From the NCBI RefSeq assembly GCF_037042905.1, contig NC_087250.1, positions 23,686,001 to 23,750,000 of the forward strand: 64,000 nucleotides of DNA, written 5' to 3'. Below the pieces are notes generated by a model. The model worked only from the letters and a program-made list of their open reading frames with translations. It had not been told where the DNA came from and did no database searches. The DNA comes from Lytechinus pictus. Taxonomy: Eukaryota. Made by a program: the position numbers and the translations under genes. Positions within the stretch are counted from its first letter, which is position 1; each line of letters starts with the position of its first letter. Shown piece after piece: positions 38,801-49,345 of this stretch.

Positions 38801-41800
38801 AAGGAAGGAAAAATTGGAGCTGAGCTTGTATGAGATATGGGAGGAAAGTAGAGTAAGAAACTATAATGTAACTATTCAAAAGAGCTGAGGGGAAAAATTA
38901 TATGTATATATAAATTGAAAGTGGATAGGAAAGAAAAATCAGTCGTTCCCCTCTTGGATGTTCAGGCCATGAGGTTGGGTGGTGCGAAGTCGTCTCATCC
39001 AGAGCTTCTCCCTGCTAGTACGGACTGAGTCAGGACGGGTACCTAAAGATTCGATGCCCTGTAGCATCATGTCAGTGATGGAGTGGTTGGGGAGGTTAAA
39101 ATGGCGGCCAACTGGAGTGTCCAGCTTTGCTGTGTTGACGGTGGATCTGTGCCCGTAGAATCGTTTCTTGAGTGTGGTCTTGGTTTCCCCTATGTATTGT
39201 ACCCTACAAACTCTGCAAGTGATGAGATATACAACATTAGTGGTAGTGCATGTGATGTTGCCCTTGATTTGGTGAGACAGGCTGGTAGAGTTGCTGGTGA
39301 AAGTATCGCCCTCGTGAAGGTGTATTTCACATATGATGCACCTGTTGCTGGTGCATTTGAAGGTGCCATGCTGTATGGGAGAAGAATGGTTAGTGAGGGA
39401 GGGCACTTCAGCACGAACAATGAGGTCCCTGAGATTCGGTGGGCGTCGGTATGCTAGAAGGGGAGTATCGGGAACGGCCTGTTGGAGACGATCAGAAGTG
39501 TGTAAAATGTGGTGGTTATCAAACAGGATTTTGCGGAGAGGGGGTAGATTGGGATGGAAGGTGGTCACAAGCGGTAATAATAGAAACAAGTGGAGTGCCT
39601 CTGGCCGTCTCACCTGCATCACGCGATTCAATATAGCAGCAGTGCTGATTTTGAAAACTACTATAACTCGCACAAGATGTTCAGTGATACTTGGTTACTC
39701 TTATTTCCACGTTTTATGAACTAGACCAATACACTTATAGAGATATGATGGCAATTCAACAAATACCCCCAACGTGGCCAAAGTTCTTTGACCTTACATG
39801 ACCTTTGACCTTGATCATGTGACCTGAAACTCGCACAGGATGTTCAGTGATACTTGATTACTATTATGTCTAAGTTTTATGAACTAGACCAACACACTTT
39901 CAAATTTATGGCTGTAATTCAACAAATACCCCAATTTGGCCAAAGTTCATTGACCCTAAATGACCTTTGACCTTGATCATGTGACCTGAAACTCGCACAG
40001 GATGTTCAGTAATACTTGATTACTATTATGTCCAAGTTTCATGAATCAGATCCATAAACTTTCAAAGTTATGATGGTAATTCAACAGATACCCCAATTCG
40101 GCCAAAGTTCATTGACCCTAAATGACCTTTGACCTTGGTCATGTGATGTGAAACTCATGCAGGATGTTCAGTGATACTTGATTAACCTTATGTATAAGTT
40201 TCATGAACTAGGTCCATATATTTTCTAAGTTATGATGACATTTCAAAAACTTAACCTTAGGTTAAGATTTTGATGTTGATTCCCCCAACATGGTCTAAGT
40301 TCATTGACCCTAAATGACCTTTGACCTTGGTCATGTGACATGAAACTCAGGCAGGATGTTCAGTAATACTTGATTAACCTTATGGCCAAGTTTCATGAAC
40401 TAGGTCCATATACTTTCTAAGTTATGCTGTCATTTCAAAAACTTAACCTCAGGTTAAGATTTGGTGTTGACGCCGCCGTCGCCGTCGGAAAAGCGGCGCC
40501 TATAGTCTCACTCTGCTATGCAGGTGAGACAAAAACTGACATAAATTCATTCCTTGTGACTGACAAAGTAATGGTAAAGTATGTATATTTCACCTTCTGA
40601 AATATACATATCAATATTAAAGATAAATAAATAAGAGATGAAGGAATGAGGTTAGAAAAAACAGAAAAGATAAAAATTCAAAGCAAGTCAATGCATGTTC
40701 CCTGATCGTGTACCGGATATGGTTGATAAGGAAAGTTGAAACAGGAAGTCCAAACAACCTGCTCTCAGTTGCTATTATGCTGGTAAAATTCATATTCCGA
40801 ATTTGAAATGTTTTTCCATTGTCAATATTTTCTAAAAAGTGGTTTAATCTGGTCATTTACTGAAAATGAAATGATAAATTTTCAGTTCTGTCTTGGTTCT
40901 GACGATCAACGCCGAGTGATTTCATAACACTAAAATACACAGTACAGTCCCATGTACTCATTTTCGTGTTGGAAATATGTTTGAAGTCACTCTAGTGTCG
41001 ATCTTTCGGGACCAAGAATGGACTGATATTTTATCTTTTTAAAGTAATTGATTGACCAGATTTAACCACTTTTCAGAAAAAAGGGACTTTCATATTCTGT
41101 AGAATGTGAATTTTACCAGTATAATAACAGTTGAGTGGAGGTTGTTTGTCTACTGTTCCGACATTCCCGATCAACACTTTCCAATCGGAGAAGCTGCGTT
41201 TGCAATGGCATTGTAATCGATCATGATCATATCTACATGGAATAATCAATGAACAAAAAAATATTCTGTTCTTTGTAATTCTGTTTCTGTCCTCATTTTC
41301 TCGTTATCAATATTATTTTCTTTGTTTTTTTTAATTCAATTTAAAAATGAAAGTAGAAATGACTCTTATTTTTGGTTTCAAGATTGAAATAAATAAAAGA
41401 AAGTTATGCAGCAATTTTTATAACCATTCTTTTTAGAAACAAAATTTATTATAAATATACGACAGAATTTTTATATGATAATTTGTTTTTAGTTTCATAT
41501 GTTAATAATTTAATTGCGCATTTATTGCCGAACCCCGAACCGAACCAAAGTTCGGAAAAAATTTGCCGAACCCTACCGAACAGAACCCGAACATGCCGCC
41601 TGACTTGCAGCACTAGATCAAACCTAGCATTCAAGAACTTCAAGAAGACCTTACCTTTACTAGTGGATACTGTTCTTGCATAACTTGAATTTCCGAGTTG
41701 TTAAAGCCGAGAAAAGTGCCCACCATTCTCCATTCTGCACCAAGCTTGTGAGAGAGGTCCCGTAACTTGATTTCGGTGATTTCGTGGCTAATCTGATGGG

Positions 41801-42843
41801 GGGCTAGTGGCATTGGGGCATCGAAGGGCTGGGGCTGGGCTTGGGCAACGTAAGCCGGGGCTTGCGCAGGAGGGTAGTTATTCTGCTGTTGGTGGTGGTT
41901 CATCGGCTCTGGCGGTATCGGTCTCATACCCTTGGGAACAGAGCGCCGGCATTCACCTGTGTAGGGATAAGTATTCAAGATCATAGGATTTTCAAGGATC
42001 ATATGATTTAATACAAGTTCACCCTTACAACAAGTTGATGATTTAATAATTTAATAAAAGCATACAAATTAATTAAATATATGTACATTGGTGAAGGTTT
42101 GAATTTGAAAAGGTATTTTAATATTAACAATCACATGAAATTAACAATCATGTGAAATTTACATCGTATGATAAAATACAACTAATGAATCAATATACAT
42201 AAAACAATCATAACATCTTCAAATCATGAAAGATAACACACGAGGGGATACAGGCTGGAATAGACAGGAAAAGGAGTTGAAGGAGATGTAGGAAGAGTAC
42301 TCTGAAAGCCGGAAGTAGAAGAGGGATGTAATGGAAAGTGAAAAAATTGTCAAAGAATAAGATAATTATAATTTTTTTATTTTATGACATTAACTACGAG
42401 CAGCTTCTCCATATGTCTTGTGACATTAAAAAAATACGAGATGAAAAAAAAAAAGACTTATTGTATATGGCCTTCCATAAGAAAACAGGGAGGGAAGGAA
42501 AGACTGCCGGGGGGGGGGGAGAAAAAAAAAGAAAGAGAGAGTACTGATATCAACCCTCACCAGTTCTGACTTTCTCAGCAAGGCACCGGAGTTTAGTCTT
42601 ATTCAACGCCTCTATCAGCAACCCACGCTCCTGAGACGGATGCTGGTTATTGTGCCACGTGTACAGCATCTGACTGGCGGCCTGTTCTATGTTCCTCATG
42701 TACTGCATCTCCCAGTTGGATAGTCGGGCTTCTGTGATGCCAAGGTAGAGACCAAGTTTTCTCCAATCGTAAGGACCGAGCTGCTCGCTGATGTAGCTCA
42801 GCTCCAAGGCATCGAGAGGAGTATTAGGGTCAAGTGATGTCAT
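35691..42843 (-). CDS. Tandem death-domain protein (DD-linker-DD), 239 aa, 3 coding exons
   Basis: Exons 42843-42561 (283 nt), 41956-41655 (302 nt), 35825-35691 (135 nt) total 720 nt, GT-AG, phases 1 and 0 match. Both halves show the death-fold pattern LxxLSxxLG-xxWRxLGxxLG...xxAxQMLxxW...LxxAL...R. Confidence 0.85.
36229..37224 (+). mobile_element. Helentron-associated (HINE/DINE-like) element with ~163-bp internal tandem repeats
   Basis: T-rich insertion site, 5' hairpin GTCTCGC..GCGAGAC, subterminal IR GTCTCGCCTGCAT / ATGCAGGTGAGAC, 3' mini-hairpin GCCAGAGGC then CTTGTT; four GGTCAAAGGTCA-containing units; no TSD. Confidence 0.75.
37970..39574 (-). mobile_element. 5'-truncated Penelope-like retroelement (GIY-YIG endonuclease, Cys-rich linker as in Neptune-type)
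   Basis: Frame PLVTTFHPNL..PLLAYRRPPNLRDLIVRA..CTSNRCIIC..ITCTTTNVVYLITCRVCRVQYIGET..RFYGHR..HFNLPNHS..REKLWMRRLRTTQPHGLN; stop at 38939; flanked by 14-bp direct repeat TAATAATAGAAACA. Confidence 0.88.
37988..38026 (-). ncRNA. Minimal type I hammerhead ribozyme in Penelope 3' end (core variant)
   Basis: Minus strand GCCU-CCGAUGA-A-GAUUCU(GCU)AGGAUC-GAAA-GCUU-AGGC: stem I GCCU/AGGC, stem II hairpin, palindromic AAGCUU stem III; the core has C where the consensus CUGANGA has U. Confidence 0.65.
39585..40535 (-). mobile_element. Second HINE-like copy, inverted relative to 36229-37224
   Basis: Reverse-complement termini (AACAAGTGGAGTGCCTCTGGC..GTCTCACCTGCAT; ATGCAGGTGAGACAAAAA) and ~162-bp TGACCTTTGACC units. 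Confidence 0.78.
41655..41956 (-). CDS. Death-domain gene coding exon 2 (Pro/Gln linker plus first half of second DD)
   Basis: ccctacacag acceptor; GECRRSVPKG...ITEIKLRDLSHKLGAEWRMVGTFLGFNNSEIQVMQEQYPLVK; donor gtaagg. Confidence 0.85.
42561..42843 (-). CDS. Death-domain gene coding exon 1 (first DD)
   Basis: ttttttcag|G ATG; MTSLDPNTPLDALELSYISEQLGPYDWRKLGLYLGITEARLSNWEMQYMRNIEQAASQMLYTWHNNQHPSQERGLLIEALNKTKLRCLAEKVRT; donor G|gtgagg. Confidence 0.85.
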
Positions 42844-42845
42844 CC

Positions 42846-43190
42846 TGAAAAAACAAATTAAAGTCTTGTGGGTTATTGGTGTACTGTAAAATTTGGATTT
42901 TTTTTTTTTTTTGGGGGGGGGGAGATAAGAGACCAAGCCTTGTCAAGGAGTAAGAACCAAGGTGCTTTGAGCTCCAAAGCATCTAGAGGAGTTTTAGGAT
43001 CCAATGACTCGATCCTAGAAAAAAATATAAAAGTCTCTTGGGTCATCAGGTTTTTTTCTTTTTGTGGGAGAGGGATATGATAATAGACCAAGCCTCCTCC
43101 AATCACAAGAAGTATCCAGCTGCTCGCTGATATAGCTGATCTCCAAGGCATCTAGGGATTTTGGGTCAAGTGACATCATTCTGAAATATA
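42846..43190 (-). pseudogene. Two tandem degenerate copies of the acceptor plus 5' part of death-domain exon 1
   Basis: Acceptors at 43181 and 43015 (real one at 42845; spacing 166/170 bp) are followed by MMSLDPKSLDALEISYISEQLDTSCDWRRLGL and IESLDPKTPLDALELK, versus the real MTSLDPNTPLDALELSYISEQLGPYDWRKLGL. Confidence 0.8.
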
Positions 43191-44587
43191 CAAATAGTGG
43201 AGATCTGTGCTATGGCTCAGTTGATAATTCCAGGGTTCAAAACCACTGTAGCACTCATGTCCTTTGGCAAGGCTTTATCTACATTTGCCTCTCTCCACCC
43301 AGGTGTGGTAAATTACTAAATTGGTACTCGGTATGAATGGATTTCTTGATTGTTTTTGAGCCCTTTCAGTGTAGCCATACTACAAAGCTGGGATAATAGT
43401 ACATGTACACAAGACTAATAGAAACATTGTATTAAATGCAAATACATGTACATGTAGTTTCCAAGATCACTCATTTGTAAAATTGGAAAGTTTGAGAGGG
43501 AAATAGGTACAGAGCAAATATCTTATCTTAAACCAAGCTGCTCACTGATGCAGCCAAACTCCATTTGCAAAATAATGCCTAGAAAACAATGTTATACCCG
43601 GTATGTTGCCCTCATAAGTCAAAATCAGAAAGTTGGGTTGGTCGGTCGGTTTCCTTTCTTACTTTTAGTAAATATCTGTAACTGGCGAACTGCTGCAAAA
43701 AGAAAATTATGTATGGGATGAATACATGTATGTACTCAGACATGTCAAAAAGCAAAGTGCTTTCTAAAGTCATTGAATACAAGTTTGAAAAATTGCTTTG
43801 CCTAAATCTGAAATTTCCTCACAAAACATTGGTCTTCCTAATTAAAATAAAACAAAAAACACCAACCCGTTATTTTCTATTCTATGCACTTGTTCACTGC
43901 AACCACTCTGCCTGTGGGGTATGTAGATCTATGGTATGCCAATGCAGTACAGAGCAGTAATATCACTTTTGTAACCAAAAATACATATTCCATACAGTTG
44001 CAATTCATTTTTTATTTAGTAACCTGAGGATCATTTTTCATTCACCAGAGCACTCAAAATCTTGAATTTTTGGCATATTTTTGTGTACGTCCTCTACATG
44101 TATTGGTGGAAAGTTAAATTGCAAGAAAATTGTCATTTTTCAATCTCTAATTTTAATTCAGAAAAAATAATTAAAAGAACTCAATTTACTTTAGGGCCAA
44201 GTTACATGTATATGATGAATTGCTGTAATGGAGACTAACTGTGTAAAGAAATCAAGCATTTGTCCCCTAGAACAAGAGAAAACAAGCCAAACATTGCCAA
44301 CCTTATTTCACCACACCTAGACCTACATGTAGTTAGGTAGGACAACAACAAAAACGAAACAGCATTTCTACTAACAAGCATTACCTTAATATATTCTTTT
44401 TTAGCATTATTGTCAAAGACATTGCTCAAAACTTACCATAAGATTTCCTAAATAGTGAAAAATAATGCTTAAATGCTCCATAAAATGTGTCTGGAAATGC
44501 ATAGATCTATTTTGGCCCATCCCCATCATGCCCATAGGCTATACTGTGTGGGTTAGTGGCTGATAATAGGCATTTTTAAGTCTTTAT

Positions 44588-45146
44588 CCCGGGGGGGGGG
44601 GGGCCACTTACATTGACGAGTGGATACCATGCGCGACCAAAAAAACACGTAAAAAGGATGTCTTTTTCACGATAGGGAACATTACGTACGTAACGTGATA
44701 AGGGTGTCAAAAACACAAAAATAATGAAAAAAGGGTATCTATTTCGCTCGGAAAATTACGTGTTTAGGGTCGAATTTTGCGGGGATGATAAAACAAAATT
44801 AAAATGTTTTATAAAGGATGTCCTTTTTGCCCCAACACTTCGTGTTTAGAGTCCTATTTGCGCGAGGTGTAGAAGGTGGGGTCGTATTAAACCAAATATA
44901 AGGTAAAGCCGACGACCGAAGGACCCGTAACAATAATCATTCCTGTACTTGTTTAGGGGTTCATTTCAGGGAATATTTGCCAAGAGTATCGTTTTGTTTC
45001 CAATACTTGTTAAGGGTAGGGTTTCACACGCCAATACTTGTTAAGGGGTGCATTTTCAGAATATGGAAATTACGTGTTTAGGGTGCTTTTCGAGACCCCA
45101 TGGTCGCGCATGGTATCCACTCGTGAATGGAAGTGGACCCCCCGGG
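44588..45146 (+). mobile_element. Non-autonomous DNA element, CCCGGG-rich TIRs, 8-bp TSD
   Basis: TIR CCCGGGG..CCACTT..GAGTGGATACCATGCGCGACC; TSD GTCTTTAT. Confidence 0.85.
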
Positions 45147-46482
45147 GTCTTTATGCTGACTGAGACTGTTTGAGCCTCTGTGAGGAGCCATGGAAACATG
45201 TCACATTGATAGATAATCAACTTGGCTGCCAGAAAATGTGAAGATGTTGCTACAATTAACAACATTGTTCACTCAAAATATAGAATGAAAATTTGAGGCA
45301 AATTCACCTATTGACTTTTTTTACACATGTCTAAAGCACAATTCTGGTGCCATTGCCTTGTTCATTGAATGAGTGTAAGAAATTTAAAGTTTAAATGAAG
45401 GAAATTAAATAAAATTAAAATAATTAATACAATCCAATGGCAACTAAAAACCCTATCATTGCATTTCTGATCGGTTAGAAAGAAAATGTGCAAAGAATTC
45501 AAATGATACTACACTTTTTAAAGGGGAAGTTCACCCTGACAAGAAATCTATTGTAAAAATAACAGAAAAAACAATATCATAAGATTTAAAATAGTTATTA
45601 GAATTTTAACTTTTTGATTTGTGACATCATACCTGAGCACCTCCCCCATAAATGAAAAGTCATTTTCTCATTGAAAATGGTTATATAACTTATATTGTAC
45701 CTTCAGTGGCCCGTATTCTGATAGCAGGTTTAACTTAAACTCAGGTTTAAAGTTGTGGTTTAAGTATGGGAAGCCAAAAGTATCAAAATTTTATTAAGTT
45801 GCATGTTTCTTATGTTTACTTTGCTCTTTCCTGATTCATCGATGGTGAAGACAATCATCTATTTATACTTCCTAGACAATTATGAATGATTTGAGAGCCA
45901 AATGAGCTGAAGTATGATATCTCTACCGTTATTGATTTATGTAACATTTGGCTGTCCATACTTAAACCACAACTTTAGGCCTGGGTTTAAGTTAAACCTG
46001 CTATCAGAATACGGGCCAGTAGGTTTATTCCAACGTTAGACAAATTATTTCACAGAAATTCACACCTACTTCTGGGAGAAAACAAAATCTAGCGATAGTC
46101 ATCATGAACAATTAAAAAATTGAAATTTATGCACTTTATTATACAACAATAACATATGGGGCAGCTGCTCATTTAACGTTTTATATGATGTCACAAATCC
46201 AAAATTACAGCTTTATAGATTGGATCTGGAATTTGATCTAATCAAGAGAGACTTGACTCAGTCATCTTGTTTTGTCATGCTTGTCCTCATCAAATTAATA
46301 ACACTATACATGTACAGTTATCGTAAAGCAATATAATTTTTAATAGTATTTTTACATTTCCTAACTTCCCCTTTATTATACGAAGTCAAAGAAACTAATT
46401 TGGGGGAGAACATCTAACTGTAATATTAGTAGATCTACTAGTATTGACGATTGAATTAACTAAAATTCAATCATAGACATAG

Positions 46483-47163
46483 TAGGGTGTCTGGAGAAAA
46501 AATTATTTTTCTTATTCCAAGAAAATATTACATTTTCTTTGTGAATTTGAAGAGAAATAACCTTCAGACTGACAGAAATATAACATTTTTTTCAAAAATC
46601 CAATTATTGGCTGCAAAAAAGAAGAATGAAATTAGGTAAATTTTCAGCATTTCCCTGCCATAGACTGTGTAGTTAAGAAATGGACACACACAAATCCAAA
46701 TTTTTAGCTTCCGAGAGCTGTTATAAATTTATTATTAATGCCAAAAACTTGTCCATGGAGTGTCAAATAGGAATTTTTATGCTCTTTCTGATGGTATGAT
46801 TTTTATAAAGATTTGGAAACCAGATCACAATGAAAAATTGCGACAAAGTGAAAAAAATTTGTGCAAAACAGAAATTTCATTTTCCCATAGAAAACGCATG
46901 GAAAAATGGCAATCTCAACACACACACAAATAAGGGTTTGCAATTTATCTCTAAATCTTCATTTCAAATAATCCTATAAACTTGTCCTTACTGTCAAAAG
47001 AAGCCCCTGAATTTTCTCTTTCCATACATGCCAAACACAAGTTAATAATTAATTCAGATCACATTTTTATAGCAGCCTGAATTTCCAGAAAAAATGGGCC
47101 ATATTTCCCCCTAAATCAGCCTGTTTTATGCTGACACTTTTCAGTGTGGCTTCAGACACCCTA
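46483..47163. mobile_element. Non-autonomous DNA element
   Basis: TIR TAGGGTGTCTG / CAGACACCCTA; GACATAG repeated at both flanks. Confidence 0.7.
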
Positions 47164-47535
47164 GACATAGATCTAGACTATAAAATCAGTAGAGGTGCTG
47201 GTCCAAAAATTGGGATTGTCCCAGAAAACAAGGATATTCTCATAAACCAGGACAAATCATGTCTTGATAAATTGAGATTGTCCTTGTTTATGGGGACAGT
47301 TTTATTCCACTTACCCCTGCGGGACAAAGACAGCAATTACGGGGATTAAGAGTGCTAAAATTAGATTCAGTGACCTCAATTCCCCCCACTTCACCATCTA
47401 TTTTCATGACTTGCCGTCTTCCAATAATCTTGATATGAAACCTGATATGATTTAGTTACGTTAACTAGCGCACTCAATTGATGTCGGCACTTGACAGGTG
47501 AATGAACATTCTAGATTTCTTATGTAGAGAAATCT

Positions 47536-48110
47536 CCCCGGGGGGCCACTTCCCTTGACGAGTGGATACCATGCGCGACCATGTGGTCTCGAAAAGCACC
47601 CTAAACACGTATTTTCCATATTCTGAAAATGCACCCCTTAACAAGTATTGGCATCTGAAACCCTACCCATAACAAGTATTGGAAACAAAATGATACTCTT
47701 AGCAAGTATTCCCTGAAATGAACCCCTAAACAAGTACAGCGATATTTTATTGTTATGTCACGGGTCCGTCGGTCGTCGGTTTTACCTTTACACACCGGTT
47801 TAGAACGGTCCCATCTTCCACACCTCTTGCAAATCGGACTCTAAACACGTAGTGTTGGGGCAAAAAGGACATCCTTTATTAAACATTTTAATTTTGTTTT
47901 ATCATCCCCGCAAATTTGACCCTAAACATGTAGCTTTCCTAGCGAAATAGATACCCTTTTTTCATTATTTTTGTGTTTTTCACACCCTTGGCCTTATCAC
48001 GTTACGTATGTAACGTGCCCTATCTTGAAAAAGACATCCTTTTTACGTGTTTTTTTGGTCGCGCATGGTATCCACTCGTCAATATAAGTGGCCCCCCCCC
48101 CCCCCCCCGG
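47536..48110 (-). mobile_element. Inverted copy of the 44588-45146 element
   Basis: Same TIRs and body in reverse orientation; own 8-bp TSD AGAAATCT. Confidence 0.85.
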
Positions 48111-48592
48111 AGAAATCTTTGAAAACTGAGACAGTCCCTTGGCTGTAGACTAATCCCAATTTTCTGACCAGCGGCACCCAAGGATTCATTACATGCCGCC
48201 GCGCACAGAAAAATCAAGCCATAGAAGTCGTGTGTTGTGGACCCAAGAACTGAAGAAGTGAGATCCCAGCACGCGCGACCCACTAGTTAGAAATCCACTG
48301 CCAAATGCGGTTCGTGGTGCGAGGTTAGTATACTAATAGACTAACCTCGCAATACGTGTGAGTGCTACTGACTACTGCCTGTAGTACTTTAGTGTAAATA
48401 TCATACTCATCATAGTCATAGACATAGTTTACTATTTTACAAAAAAATAAAAATGTGCGGGACAGCCACACCAGGCGTTTGTACATCAAACCATCCAGAT
48501 CTGATCCCCATCTGCAAGAATCTTCAACCCTGAAGGAGGCAGATGTAACCTGAAGAAGAAGATTAGAAGATCCAGTCAGATCCATTCTGCCT

Positions 48593-49039
48593 TAGACAGC
48601 TGGCAGCCGTCTGTTTCGAGGAGTTTTTTAACGTTTTTTTATTTTTTAAATTTCTCCTCATACACAGACGGCTCGCTATCGTGCAGCCACCGTTAGGGAC
48701 TTACAATGCAAAATCCCCCCGTCGGGGCTCTTCAATTTTTGTCTTTAATGAATCAAACTTTTGAAAATTAACGCGACCGAAATGCAAATTAATATTCCCT
48801 CTTGGCATTAATTGCCAAAAAACGGGGAAAATCAAGTTAAATGGAACAAAAACAGTGACTTACCTCGGCTGTCGCGCAACTTCACTGCCCTGTTTTATCC
48901 GAACTTAATACACATAAACATATGGCCATTGAGTCCCCTGTACAGATCGCGCTAGAACTTCGGTCTCTGTATTTGGTGAGTGAAGCCAACGGAGTTCAGC
49001 TGAACAACTAACATAACAGAGACCGAAGCTTTTGGTCTA
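48593..49039 (+). mobile_element. Uninterrupted copy of the TAGAC..GTCTA element
   Basis: Near-identical to 14479-15241 minus the nested MITE; 9-bp TSD ATTCTGCCT. Confidence 0.85.
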
Positions 49040-49246
49040 ATTCTGCCTAAGCTGCACTCCGTGCAGTGCAGTCCCACACACTGAATAACATGTTGGTCAA
49101 CCAGCATGCACCGGCACCACCACGGCACCAGATTCCAGAAAGGCAGCCGGCAGAATCACATTAACAATCACAGCTGATCGACTGTGCAAGTCACAGCTTC
49201 GAAAAACGTCATAAGACAAGGAAAAATGAAGGTGGTATCAACTTAC

Positions 49247-49345
49247 CTGAAGTTTCAATAAAATCTATCGGCTAGACGTGAATTAAGTGAGAATTCAAGG
49301 GGAATTCAGAGATGGATGTCGCTTCTGAATTCCGCCACTTCCTCA
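49247..49345 (-). other. Putative non-coding first exon of the death-domain gene
   Basis: Perfect donor CAG|GTAAGT at 49247/49246 on the minus strand, in non-repetitive CpG-containing sequence upstream of a coding exon whose ATG sits 1 nt after an acceptor; 5' boundary is a guess. Confidence 0.4.

Larger units (their letters stand above)
37303..41615. mobile_element. hAT-like element with CCGAAC subterminal repeats, host of nested insertions
   Basis: TIR TAGTGCTG / CAGCACTA; 8-bp TSD GATCAAAC (37295-37302, 41616-41623). Confidence 0.85.
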
